This document shows positions 22,430 through 31,934 of a DNA stretch of 64,000 nt, piece by piece. The translations under genes were made by a program, and so were the position numbers. The DNA is taken from positions 1,824,001 through 1,888,000 of the forward strand of contig CBDCDS010000003.1 of assembly GCA_965215365.1 (NCBI GenBank), given 5' to 3'. The notes under the pieces are model-generated. The model was not told where the DNA came from, did no database searches, and was given only the letters and a program-made list of their open reading frames with translations. Source of the DNA: Gammaproteobacteria bacterium (lineage in GTDB: Bacteria; Pseudomonadota; Gammaproteobacteria; Eutrophobiales; Eutrophobiaceae). The number at the start of each line of letters is the position of its first letter. Within the stretch, counting starts at the first letter, position 1.

Positions 22430-23196
22430 TGCCCGGGAAAAAAATAGAGACCATTTTTGGTTATCACGCCGTCAGGCATGTCTTGTCCAAACGACCCCAT
22501 GACGTACTGGAAATTTTTATCGCAGATAACAAACTGCGTTCAGTCAGGATGGATGTTCTATTGCGTGCCGTTGACGCTGCCTCAATTTCAATCCAATATA
22601 TCTCACCCCGGAAATTAAACCGGTTGACCGGAATAAATAATCATCAGGGAATCGCGGCAAGATGCCGCGCAGTCAGTGCAGACAAACAGATGACGATCGA
22701 TGATTTATGCGCAGGAAATCTGGATGAATCTTCAGTTATACTGGTGTTGGACAGAGTCACGGACCCGCATAACCTGGGCGCATGCATCAGGACGGCAGAC
22801 GCAGCTGGTGTCAATGCGGTGGTTTTGCCGAGAGACCATAGCGCGCCGTTAAATGCAACAGTTAATAAAGTGGCCAGCGGTGCGCTGGAGAGTATGGACG
22901 TCATTACAGTAACAAACCTTGCGCGCTGCCTGAGACAACTGCGCGCAGCAGGCTGTGAGGTAATCGGCGCTGCCGACGATGCGGATACAAGCATTTACAA
23001 GATTGAAGTGACGTTTCCACTGGCGCTGGTCATGGGGTCAGAAGAAGAAGGAATGCGTCAGAATACCCGTAATCATTGCGATCAGCTTGTGAAAATTCCG
23101 ATGTATGGCTCAGTCGAAAGTCTGAACCTCTCAGTGGCCGCCGGCGTGTGCTTGTATGGACTCCGGCGACATACAGCTGATTTATTGATCACTTGA
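22429..23196 (+). CDS. rlmB: 23S rRNA Gm2251 methyltransferase
   Basis: DPHNLGACIRTADAAG and VESLNLSVAAG, following rnr. Confidence 0.95.
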   Translation: MPGKKIETIFGYHAVRHVLSKRPHDVLEIFIADNKLRSVRMDVLLRAVDAASISIQYISPRKLNRLTGINNHQGIAARCRAVSADKQMTIDDLCAGNLDESSVILVLDRVTDPHNLGACIRTADAAGVNAVVLPRDHSAPLNATVNKVASGALESMDVITVTNLARCLRQLRAAGCEVIGAADDADTSIYKIEVTFPLALVMGSEEEGMRQNTRNHCDQLVKIPMYGSVESLNLSVAAGVCLYGLRRHTADLLIT

Positions 23197-23627
23197 AACC
23201 ACAACTGACAATTGAAAAGCTGAGGGATATGGCAGCTATATTTGCCGAAGATGAATCTTGTCATGACGAAGCTTCCCTTTACGGCGTAACTGACGGAAAA
23301 GCTGTGGGAACGTATCTTGAGCAGAAATTTACTATATATCTGTCAGAGAGCTATAGTTTTAAAGCGGGAAGTTCTGCCTATCAAACCACTAAAGGATTGT
23401 TGGAAATTCTTCAACGAGATGGCAATAAAGATGACATTATTGCTTTTATTGTCGATAGGAATTTACCTGTGGACGAGATAGTGGCGCGTCAGCTTGCCGA
23501 CAAAATTTTAGATACTCCGCCTAATCAAGGATATTTGACAATATCGAACGCCTTGCAATGGAGATTGCAATACAGCAGAGTCATAAAAGAAGCAGGGCAG
23601 CTGACAGGTATCTCCAAGGTTCGTTAA
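23193..23627 (+). pseudogene. Type II restriction endonuclease, apparently with an internal in-frame deletion
   Basis: AT-rich. GVTDGKAVGTYLEQKF and GYLTISNALQWRLQY are present, but no PD-(D/E)xK segment lies between them. It is adjacent to an MTase remnant. Confidence 0.6.
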
Positions 23628-23630
23628 AAA

Positions 23631-24601
23631 GTGGCCGGTAAATCATTAAATAAATGGCAGTTTGGTGACTTTCAGACACCCGCCGAGTTGGCAAATAAAG
23701 TTGTTCGAGTTCTAAAACAGAATCATAAGCTCAACCCTGATGTCATTATTGAACCGACTTGTGGAAAAGGCGCCTTCGTTCTGGCGTCTTGCAATGAGTT
23801 TAAGAGCTCTCGTATTCTTGGCTTTGACATAAATCCCAATTATAAGGACAAGACCCAAGGAGCGTTTGGCGTTCAGGAATTAAACATGATTGTGCAAAAG
23901 TTATGGAGCTGGAACCGGTCAATGGTGGCTATAAAAATGGCTTGGACGAGTTCATCAAGTGTGAAGATGATTATCTATACCCACTTCTGAAAGGTTCGGA
24001 CATAGGAAACGGAAGAATCTCTTCCTATAGGAAAGTAGCTCTGGTAACTCAAAGAGCTATTGGGGAGGATACTTCACAGATAGAGGATATAGCTCCTAAG
24101 ACCTGGCAGTATTTAATTGAACACAAGGAATACTTGGATAGAAGAAGAAGTTCAATATACAAAAACAAACCGGATTTCTCTGTATTCGGGGTCGGACCTT
24201 ATTCGTTCAAGCAATGGAAAATTGTTATATCCGGGTTATATAAAAGATTAAAATTTAATGTTGTCGGGCTATTAGACGGAAAGGCTGTGGTTTTTGATGA
24301 TACCGTGAACTTTCTGTCTTTCGATTCGGAAGAAGAAGCAAGGTTTATTTATCGTCTTATCAGCTCTGTTCCTGCTACAGAGTTTCTGGAGTCGATGATA
24401 TTCTGGGATGAGAAAAGGCCTGTTACAGTGGAAATTCTAAGAAGGCTGTCACTAAAAGAAGTGGCGAGAGAACTGGGTGAAATTGAACAGTACAGAGGGT
24501 GGGTACAGCCAGCCAACCATATTGGGCAGGTGGAGCTTGCAATCGCTGAAAGAAGAGCAACGTATAAAACTGAAGAAGTCTGTCGGCGTGAATTGAAATG
24601 A
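23631..24601 (+). pseudogene. Amino-DNA methyltransferase, internally deleted and frameshifted near 23845
   Basis: FGDFQTP, IIEPTCGKGAF and GFDIN, then a frame switch to WRSGIKHDCAKVMEL...YPLLKGSDI. The catalytic NPP(Y/W) motif is missing. Confidence 0.75.
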
Positions 24602-24683
24602 CAGAAGATTCTCATTGTTCTTGTCTGATATTGGAGTATGTCACATAATCTCGTAACACGACCAACGAACAGGAGAAAAGATC

Positions 24684-24920
24684 ATGACTGAACCGGATTG
24701 CCCGCAGAAGTATCCATATCCGATTGAGCTTGAGCCCGGGGTTTATTACTGGTGCAAGTGCGGCCGTTCTGCCAATCAGCCATTTTGTGACGGGTCTCAC
24801 GCCGGCACCGATTTTGTGCCGCTGCGCTTTGACGTGACAGAGACACAGCAGCAATGGTTGTGCGGTTGCAAGCGCAGCAACAATGGCCATCTCTGTGACG
24901 GCTCGCACAAAGCGCTGTGA
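24684..24920 (+). CDS. CDGSH iron-sulfur domain protein
   Basis: Two CxCxxS...CDGSH motifs. Confidence 0.93.
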   Translation: MTEPDCPQKYPYPIELEPGVYYWCKCGRSANQPFCDGSHAGTDFVPLRFDVTETQQQWLCGCKRSNNGHLCDGSHKAL

Positions 24921-26015
24921 ATGCCTCCCAGCCAACGCTATCAGTCCGAGCTTGACCGGGGGCGGCTCAGTCCCGATGCGGCGCAGGCGGCGGCCGTGGC
25001 GCGGATGCAGTCATTGTACGATGAGCTGGTGGCTGCACAATCGCAAAGCCGCAGCCGCCGGTTGCTGGCCCGGCTGGCCGGGCGGGCGGGGCAGCCGCTG
25101 ACGGGTCTCTACCTGTGGGGCAGCGTTGGCAGTGGCAAGACCTGTCTGGTGGACCTGTTGTATGAGTGCCTGCCGTTCGATAACAAGTTGCGGGTACATT
25201 TTCACCGCTATATGCAGTGGGTGCACGCGGAATTGAAGCAGCTTGCCGGGGTGAAGGCACCACTCAAGCGAGTGGCGCGCAAACTGGCCGGTAATGCCGC
25301 AGTACTTTGTCTTGATGAGTTCCATGTCGCCGACATTACCGATGCGATGCTGCTCAGCGGCCTGTTGCAGGAGCTGTTCAGTCTGAACGTGACCCTTATC
25401 ACCACGTCCAACGAACATCCTGACAAGCTGTATTGGAACGGGCTGCAAAGGGAACGTTTATTGCCGGCGATCGAGTTACTCAAGCAGCGCACGCACGTGC
25501 TGAACCTCGATACCGGCACGGATTACCGCTTGCGTTACCTAGATCAGGCTCGGGTCTATCACTGTCCGGCAGATGCCGCTAGCGCGCAAAAACTGGCGCA
25601 GAGCTTTGCCAGAATTGCCTCCGGGTCGGTTGCAACCGACACTGTGGTTGCGAGCGCAGGTCGGGAACTCAAGTGCAAGCGCGTAGCGTCTGGCGTGGTC
25701 TGGTTCGACTTCACCGAACTCTGCGACGGCCCTCGGGGTGTGGCCGATTACATCGAGCTCGCCCGGCAGTTTCAAACGGTGCTGGTGGAAGGCATTCCCC
25801 GTCTGGGCGATACGGATAATGACCGCGCAAAACGCTTTATTACCATGGTGGACGAATTCTATGATCGTAACGTCAAATTGATCATAAGCGCCCAGGCACA
25901 GGCGCCGGCGTTATACCGGGGGCAACGGCTGGCGCGGCAATTTGCGCGCACCGCCAGCCGGCTGATTGAAATGCAGTCGCACGAGTACCTGGGTCGTCCG
26001 CACTTGTGTGGCTGA
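24921..26015 (+). CDS. zapE: Cell division AFG1-family ATPase ZapE
   Basis: GLYLWGSVGSGKT, LCLDEFHV, RFITMVDEFYD and RTASRLIEMQS. Confidence 0.92.
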   Translation: MPPSQRYQSELDRGRLSPDAAQAAAVARMQSLYDELVAAQSQSRSRRLLARLAGRAGQPLTGLYLWGSVGSGKTCLVDLLYECLPFDNKLRVHFHRYMQWVHAELKQLAGVKAPLKRVARKLAGNAAVLCLDEFHVADITDAMLLSGLLQELFSLNVTLITTSNEHPDKLYWNGLQRERLLPAIELLKQRTHVLNLDTGTDYRLRYLDQARVYHCPADAASAQKLAQSFARIASGSVATDTVVASAGRELKCKRVASGVVWFDFTELCDGPRGVADYIELARQFQTVLVEGIPRLGDTDNDRAKRFITMVDEFYDRNVKLIISAQAQAPALYRGQRLARQFARTASRLIEMQSHEYLGRPHLCG

Positions 26016-26047
26016 CAGCACCTTTCCCACCATGTATGATAGCATGA

Positions 26048-26274
26048 GGGCACCTCTCACAAACACGAGGTGCCCGTGCAGCACAGGGACGTGCTGCCAG
26101 TAACGGCAAGCACGTAAGTGCTTAAAAATGAAGGAAATGAAAAATCATACTTTTTCATTTCCGTCTCACAAATCCGCCCGGAGCGGATTTGGACGTCCGC
26201 AGGACGCCCGCAGGGGGCGTCCCAAGGATGGGACGCATCACAAAATACCACGGAGGGTATTTTTAGAGGTTACC
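26048..26274. mobile_element. Composite multi-hairpin MITE with GGGCACCTCT/AGAGGTTACC ends
   Basis: Terminal inverted ends. Internal hairpins include CAAATCCGC..GCGGATTTG, GCGTCCC..GGGACGC and AAAATACC..GGTATTTT. Confidence 0.65.
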
Positions 26275-26322
26275 ATGAGTTCAGGTGGAGGCGATAAATA
26301 ACAAGCCGAGGAGGTGTCATTG

Positions 26323-28374
26323 GTGTCCTATACAACTGAAGATATCCGTAATATTGCTATCACCGGCCAGAGTGGCGCGGGTAAAACGACACTGGTGGAG
26401 GCATTGCTGCATCAGGCCGGCGCCATCAATCAGGTCGGAACGGTGGCGCAGGGGACGACAGTCTGCGATTTTGACCCGCAGGAAAAGAGCCACCAGCATT
26501 CATTGGACAGCGCCGTAGTGAGCCTGACCCATGACGGCCGCCATGTGAACCTGATCGACACGCCCGGCTACCCCGACTTTATCGGCCGCGCCTTGTCGGC
26601 GCTGCCGGCGGTGGAAACCTGCGCGGTCGTCATCAATGCCCAGTCCGGGGTAGAGCTGGTGACGCGCAAGATGATGGAACAGGCGGCAGCGCGGGGCATG
26701 GAGCGCCTGCTGATCGTTAATCGGATCGATGCCGATGAGGTGGACCTCGAAGACATCTTACAGCAACTCAAAGATACCTACGGCAGCGCCTGCCTGCCCT
26801 TGAACCTGCCGGCTGAGGGTGGCAAGGCGGTGATAGATTGCTTTTTTCAGGCCACGGGTGGCGCCACCGACTTTCTCTCCGTGGCGGAGGCGCACGTCAA
26901 CATCATTGATCAGGTAGTGGAACTTGATGAGGAACTGATGGAGCAATACCTGGAAGGAGCGGATATCAGCCCGGAACAACTGCATGAACCGTTTGAGCAG
27001 GCGTTACGCGAAGGTCATCTCATTCCGATTTGCTTTGTTTCTGCGGAAACCGGCGCCGGCCTGCGCGAATTGTTGGATGTGTTCGCCCGACTGATGCCGA
27101 ATCCGGGTGAAGGCAACCCGCCTCCCGTGTTCAAGGGCGAGGGCGAGACGGCGGCGCCTCTGGCAATTTCCCCGGACCCGGATGGGCACGTGATTGCTCA
27201 TGTGTTCAAGGTCAACATCGATCCGTTTGTCGGCAAGTTGGGCCTGTTCAGGATTCACCAGGGGACCATCACTAAAGACAGTCAGTTATATATCGACGAC
27301 AACCGCAAGCCGTTCAAGGTGGGACACCTGCTGCAACTGCAAGGCAAGGAGCATAAGGAAATCGACCGCGGCGTGCCCGGTGATATCTGCGGCGTTGCCA
27401 AAATTGACGACATTCGTTTCGATGCGTTGCTGCACGATTCCCATGATGAAGACCAGGTGCGCCTGCAAGCCGTGACTCTACCAGCCCCCATGTACGGGCT
27501 GGCGATACAAGCGCAGAGCAGGGGCGACGAGCAGAAAATCTCCGATGCCTTGCGCAAGCTGGAAGCGGAAGATCAGAGCTTTTTAATGGAGCACAATGCC
27601 AGCACCAACGAAACCGTGATTCGGGGCATGGGAGAACTGCATCTGCGCGTTATACTGGAGAAGCTGAAAGACCGCTATCACGTCGAGGTCACCACCCGAC
27701 CGCCGAAGATAGCCTACAAGGAAACCATCAGCGCCAGGGCGGAGGGTCATCATCGGCATAAGAAACAGACCGGCGGTGCCGGCCAGTTCGGTGAAGTGTT
27801 CCTGAAAGTTGAACCGTTGGCCCGCGGCGCGGGGTTTGAGTTTGTGGACGCGGTGGTCGGGGGCGTGATCCCCAAACCCCTGATCCCGGCAGTGGAAAAG
27901 GGTATCAGACAGGCGCTGGACGAGGGCGCTTTGTCCGGCAACCCCATGCAGGATCTCAGAGTGACGGTGTATGACGGCAAGCATCACCCGGTCGATTCCA
28001 AGGAAGTGGCATTCATTGCCGCCGGCAAGAAGGCGTTTTTAGAAGCGTTTCACAAGGCCCGGCCGGTGGTGCTGGAGCCGCTCGTGGATATCCATGTCAC
28101 CGCGCCCAATGCCGCCATGGGCGATATCAATGCGGACATCTCCGGCAAGCGCGGGCGTATCAGCAATACCCTGTCCCTGGCCGGCGGCCTGTCCACCATT
28201 ACTGCCACCGTGCCGCTGAGTGAACTGGACAACTACCAGTCGCAACTGAAGTCCATGACTGGCGGCGCCGGCTCCTATTCGCTCAGCTTCAGCCACTATG
28301 ACCCGGTCCCGGCCAAGACCCAGAAAGAATTGATCGCAGCCTACAAGCCTAGTACTCTTTCCATTGAATTCTGA
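26323..28374 (+). CDS. Elongation factor G paralog (EF-G2/FusA2-like)
   Basis: GQSGAGKTTL, DTPGYPDF, divergent G4 NRID and KKQTGGAGQFG. It is not in the str operon. The C-terminal STLSIEF derives from a MITE. Confidence 0.9.
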   Translation: MSYTTEDIRNIAITGQSGAGKTTLVEALLHQAGAINQVGTVAQGTTVCDFDPQEKSHQHSLDSAVVSLTHDGRHVNLIDTPGYPDFIGRALSALPAVETCAVVINAQSGVELVTRKMMEQAAARGMERLLIVNRIDADEVDLEDILQQLKDTYGSACLPLNLPAEGGKAVIDCFFQATGGATDFLSVAEAHVNIIDQVVELDEELMEQYLEGADISPEQLHEPFEQALREGHLIPICFVSAETGAGLRELLDVFARLMPNPGEGNPPPVFKGEGETAAPLAISPDPDGHVIAHVFKVNIDPFVGKLGLFRIHQGTITKDSQLYIDDNRKPFKVGHLLQLQGKEHKEIDRGVPGDICGVAKIDDIRFDALLHDSHDEDQVRLQAVTLPAPMYGLAIQAQSRGDEQKISDALRKLEAEDQSFLMEHNASTNETVIRGMGELHLRVILEKLKDRYHVEVTTRPPKIAYKETISARAEGHHRHKKQTGGAGQFGEVFLKVEPLARGAGFEFVDAVVGGVIPKPLIPAVEKGIRQALDEGALSGNPMQDLRVTVYDGKHHPVDSKEVAFIAAGKKAFLEAFHKARPVVLEPLVDIHVTAPNAAMGDINADISGKRGRISNTLSLAGGLSTITATVPLSELDNYQSQLKSMTGGAGSYSLSFSHYDPVPAKTQKELIAAYKPSTLSIEF

Positions 28375-28510
28375 CCGGTTCAGAGCTCACCTGCGCCGCC
28401 AAGACAAGGCGCAGCCCGCAGGGAATGGCGCGCCATTCCCTGCGCGGCGTGCCTTGCGTGCAACCGCTTCCCGACCCGCTGAACCGGTCAGAATTCAATG
28501 GAAAGAGTAC
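28352..28510. mobile_element. 159-bp MITE inserted in the last codons of the EF-G paralog
   Basis: Perfect 32-bp TIR GTACTCTTTCCATTGAATTCTGACCGGTTCAG, flanked by TA/CA. Internal 28-bp perfect palindrome at 28417-28444. Confidence 0.9.
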
Positions 28511-28649
28511 CAGGGATGATGAGGACTGAGTTTGAGCGGCATCTTTATAGCTATAAGTCATATAGATAGTCAAATTAAGCACTTTTCTTCATAAGCCTGC
28601 TCTGTTACCCTTGCCAGCCTTTTGTCATCTCAGGGCTGTTTGCAGCGTT

Positions 28650-30332
28650 ATGTACCAGTATGACCAATACGACCAGCAGATTGTAAACGAGCGGGTTGCT
28701 CAGTTTCGCGAGCAGACGCGACGCTATCTGGCCGGTAAACTCAGTGAAGACGAGTACCGCCCGTTACGGCTGATGAACGGTTTGTATATCCAGCGGCATG
28801 CGCCCATGTTGCGCGTGTCCATTCCCTATGGTCTGCTGTCTTCCACGCAGTTGCGTATGTTGGCTTATATTGCCGAGACCTACGATAAGGGCTACGGTCA
28901 TTTCAGCACCCGCCAGAATATCCAGTTCAACTGGCCGCGGCTGGAAACCGTGCCTGATATCCTGGCAGACCTGGCCAGTGTGCAGATGCATGCGATCCAG
29001 ACCAGTGGCAACTGCATTCGTAACATTACTTCCGACCACTTTGCCGGCATTGCCGAGGATGAGCGGGAAGACCCGCGCCCGTATTGTGAAATTATCCGTC
29101 AGTGGTCCACCTTCCATCCGGAATTTTCCTTCCTGCCGCGCAAATTCAAAATTGCGATTTCCGGTTCGCAGAACGACCGTGCCGCAGTGCAGATACATGA
29201 TATCGGCATCTATCTGGTGCCCAACGAAGCTGGCGCAATCGGTTGCCGGATACTGGTGGGCGGCGGGCTGGGGCGCACCCCGTATCTGGGCGTGTGTATC
29301 CGGGAATACCTGGAGAAAAAACACCTGTTGTCCTACCTCGAAGCCATCTTGCGGGTTTACAATCAGTTGGGACGGCGTGACAACATACACAAGGCCCGCA
29401 TCAAGATCCTGCTCAACGCGGTGGGCGCTGAGACTTTCACGGCCATGGTGGAAACGGAATGGGAACACCTCAAGGATAGCGCGCTGTTGCTGGATCAGGC
29501 GGAGATAGATCGGGTCAGCGCCTTCTTCACAGCCCCGGAATTTGATCCTGACGCCGCCGAAGATGCCACGTTCGCCAGACGCCTGACGCTGCAAAAAAAT
29601 TTCAATCTGTGGGTGCAGCGCAACGTCAAGGCGCACAAGGCACCCGGTTATCGCGCCGTGTGTATATCGCTGAAACACCCCGAGGTGGCACCGGGTGATG
29701 CGACCCATACCCAGATGAATTACATCGCCGAACTCGCGGACCGGTTCAGCCATGCGGAAATACGGGTGACCCATGACCAGAATCTGGTGCTGCCCCATGT
29801 CCGGCAGGCTGATCTGTATCCGCTCTGGAATGCCTTGCAGAAGGAACGTCTGGCTACCCCCAACATCGGTTTGTTGACCGACCTGATTTGCTGCCCCGGC
29901 CTGGATTTCTGCAATCTGGCGAATGCCGGGTCCATCGACGTGGCCAGCCAGATCAATGCCCGCTTTACAGAACTGGATTACCTGCATGACATAGGCGATT
30001 TCCAGATCAAGATGTCCGGTTGCATGAACGCCTGTGGCCATCACCACGTGGGTCATATCGGCATTCTGGGCGTGGACAAAAAGGGCGAGGAATTCTATCA
30101 ACTCACCCTGGGCGGTTCTGCCGGTAGCAATGCCCGCTTAGGTGATCGTCTGGGGCCAGCCATCGCCAAGCAGGATGTGGCCGAGACTATCGACAGTATC
30201 CTGCAGGTTTATCTTGAACAACGCGAAGGGGATGAGCAGTTCCTGGACACTTACCTGCGCGTGGGCTTAAAACCGTTCAAGCAACGGGTCTATAAGCCGC
30301 TGACGGAGCGGGCAGCAGTTGCGGGTTATTAA
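28650..30332 (+). CDS. cysI: Nitrite/sulfite reductase hemoprotein (CysI-like)
   Basis: STRQNIQF, TSGNCIRN and the siroheme/4Fe4S motifs CPGLDFC and SGCMNACG. Confidence 0.9.
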   Translation: MYQYDQYDQQIVNERVAQFREQTRRYLAGKLSEDEYRPLRLMNGLYIQRHAPMLRVSIPYGLLSSTQLRMLAYIAETYDKGYGHFSTRQNIQFNWPRLETVPDILADLASVQMHAIQTSGNCIRNITSDHFAGIAEDEREDPRPYCEIIRQWSTFHPEFSFLPRKFKIAISGSQNDRAAVQIHDIGIYLVPNEAGAIGCRILVGGGLGRTPYLGVCIREYLEKKHLLSYLEAILRVYNQLGRRDNIHKARIKILLNAVGAETFTAMVETEWEHLKDSALLLDQAEIDRVSAFFTAPEFDPDAAEDATFARRLTLQKNFNLWVQRNVKAHKAPGYRAVCISLKHPEVAPGDATHTQMNYIAELADRFSHAEIRVTHDQNLVLPHVRQADLYPLWNALQKERLATPNIGLLTDLICCPGLDFCNLANAGSIDVASQINARFTELDYLHDIGDFQIKMSGCMNACGHHHVGHIGILGVDKKGEEFYQLTLGGSAGSNARLGDRLGPAIAKQDVAETIDSILQVYLEQREGDEQFLDTYLRVGLKPFKQRVYKPLTERAAVAGY

Positions 30333-30825
30333 GCAGGGCACAGTGCTGGAGGATGCCTGGCAACGCCTCCCGACACCGGCACCGGCACTGCCGTTGCCGG
30401 CGGGCGACTGGATTGTACCGCTGGATTACTGGGGGTGTCACAGGGAACAGCTGGGCGCACATAACGGGCGGGTTGCTGTTTGTCTGAATGGCGCCGACAA
30501 GCTGGATGACTTGTTGCAAGTTCTCGATACGTTTGACCTGATCGCGTTGGAATTCCCGAAGTTTACCGACGGGCGCGGTTACAGCCACGCGCGCCTGTTA
30601 CGCACGCGTCATGGTTACCGGGGAGAACTGCGCGCAGTGGGTGAGGTGTTGCAGGACCAGTTGTTCTTCATGCAGCGCTGCGGCATAGACTCCTTTGAAC
30701 TGGCGCATGGCAAGGATGCAGACGAGGTGCTGCAAGGGTTATCGGGCTTCAGCGTGAAATACCAAAGCAGCACGGACGGCGCGCCGCCCATCTACCAGCT
30801 CAGGAGAAAACAAGGCCGCCTCTGA
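30319..30825 (+). CDS. DUF934 protein (sulfite reductase-associated)
   Basis: FPKFTDGRGYSHARLLR...GELRAVGEVL.DQLFFMQRCG. Confidence 0.9.
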   Translation: MRVIKQGTVLEDAWQRLPTPAPALPLPAGDWIVPLDYWGCHREQLGAHNGRVAVCLNGADKLDDLLQVLDTFDLIALEFPKFTDGRGYSHARLLRTRHGYRGELRAVGEVLQDQLFFMQRCGIDSFELAHGKDADEVLQGLSGFSVKYQSSTDGAPPIYQLRRKQGRL

Positions 30826-30854
30826 AAACCAGAGGTTCCCAAAAATAAAACCGC

Positions 30855-31196
30855 TCAGCTCTTGAGCGAGTTGAGTCCGGTTTCCAGATCGGCGTGGATG
30901 GTGAACAGATTCATCAAACCGCTGATCTCGAATATTTTCATGATGTTCTCGTTCAGCGAGCACACCGAGAACGAGCCCGAGCTCTTGGCAAAACTTTTTG
31001 TGGCGAAGATGAGCACGCGCAAGCCAGCACTGGAAATGTAGTTCACGTCGACAAAGTTGATAATCATGTCGCTGCAACCGTTTTTAATTTCTTCCATGAC
31101 TTTGTCATGCACCTGCCCGGAATTGGTTGCGTCAACCCGACCTTTCAGATTAAGGATGACAATATCATCCTGCCTGACTGTTTCTATATCGCTCAT
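30855..31196 (-). CDS. STAS-domain anti-sigma factor antagonist
   Basis: LKGRVDA, YISSAGLRVL (phospho-Ser motif) and IFEISGL. Confidence 0.92.
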   Translation of the reverse strand: MSDIETVRQDDIVILNLKGRVDATNSGQVHDKVMEEIKNGCSDMIINFVDVNYISSAGLRVLIFATKSFAKSSGSFSVCSLNENIMKIFEISGLMNLFTIHADLETGLNSLKS

Positions 31197-31380
31197 TATT
31201 TGCTCTCCAGCTGTGGTTACTGGCTCTCGTCCAGACAATTACGCGTTACAGCGTATTGTAATTTACTTGCAGATATTATACAATACCTTCAGAAGTGGTA
31301 AAGCGGTTTAATATTTTCGATCTGCAGGTCGCTTCTGAAAACTGCAGGTGACCTGAGTATCTTACCCGGTGTGCAGCGTG

Positions 31381-31869
31381 ATGAAAACAACTGAACAGAC
31401 CCAAAAATGGGTGTTGACCGATGTTTCCGGCCTGACTGATTTTTCCGCCGACTTCAGGAACTACTGTGAAGAGAAGCAGCTCGATGATGGGAAAATTTTT
31501 GAACTGGAGCTGTCGCTCGAGGAACTCATAGTCAATTCCTTTACGCACGGTTACAAGAATCGTGGAGCTGGCACCGTTACCGTTGAAGTGGAAGATACCG
31601 GCCCTGAGATAAAGATCAGCCTGCAAGACCAGGCCCCGCCGTTTGATCTGGTCAGGCAGGCACCGGCGCCGCGGCTTGGAGGAGAAGACGGACAACCGGA
31701 ACCCGGGGACGAAGCGGAGGCCGCGCCGGACCTGGAGGCAGAGGCGGGAGAAAACGAGGAAAAAGTAGGTGGGTTGGGCATACACCTGGTAAAAAGCCTC
31801 AATGACCGGGTTGAGTATTATGGTTCCAAGGATGGCAACATCGTGGTGATTATCAAGTCAAAGTCGTAA
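31381..31869 (+). CDS. Anti-sigma factor / Ser kinase (RsbW-like HATPase)
   Basis: ELSLEELIVNSFTHGY, D..PPFD and GGLGIHLVK. An acidic insert lies before the G box. Confidence 0.9.
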   Translation: MKTTEQTQKWVLTDVSGLTDFSADFRNYCEEKQLDDGKIFELELSLEELIVNSFTHGYKNRGAGTVTVEVEDTGPEIKISLQDQAPPFDLVRQAPAPRLGGEDGQPEPGDEAEAAPDLEAEAGENEEKVGGLGIHLVKSLNDRVEYYGSKDGNIVVIIKSKS

Positions 31870-31934
31870 CTTTCAGGAACTCCTGAAATTTAGGGAACCT
31901 CTAAAAATACCCTCCGTGGTATTTTTACAGCCCG

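Noticed and set aside
26323-28374. Canonical fusA
   Set aside because: It is not with rpsL/rpsG/tuf and has divergent G1 and G4 motifs, so it was treated as a paralog.
28764-30101. Long antisense ORFs (this one, 10195-11325, 20963-21976, 50953-51882 and others)
   Set aside because: They are shadows of well-supported genes in GC-rich DNA.
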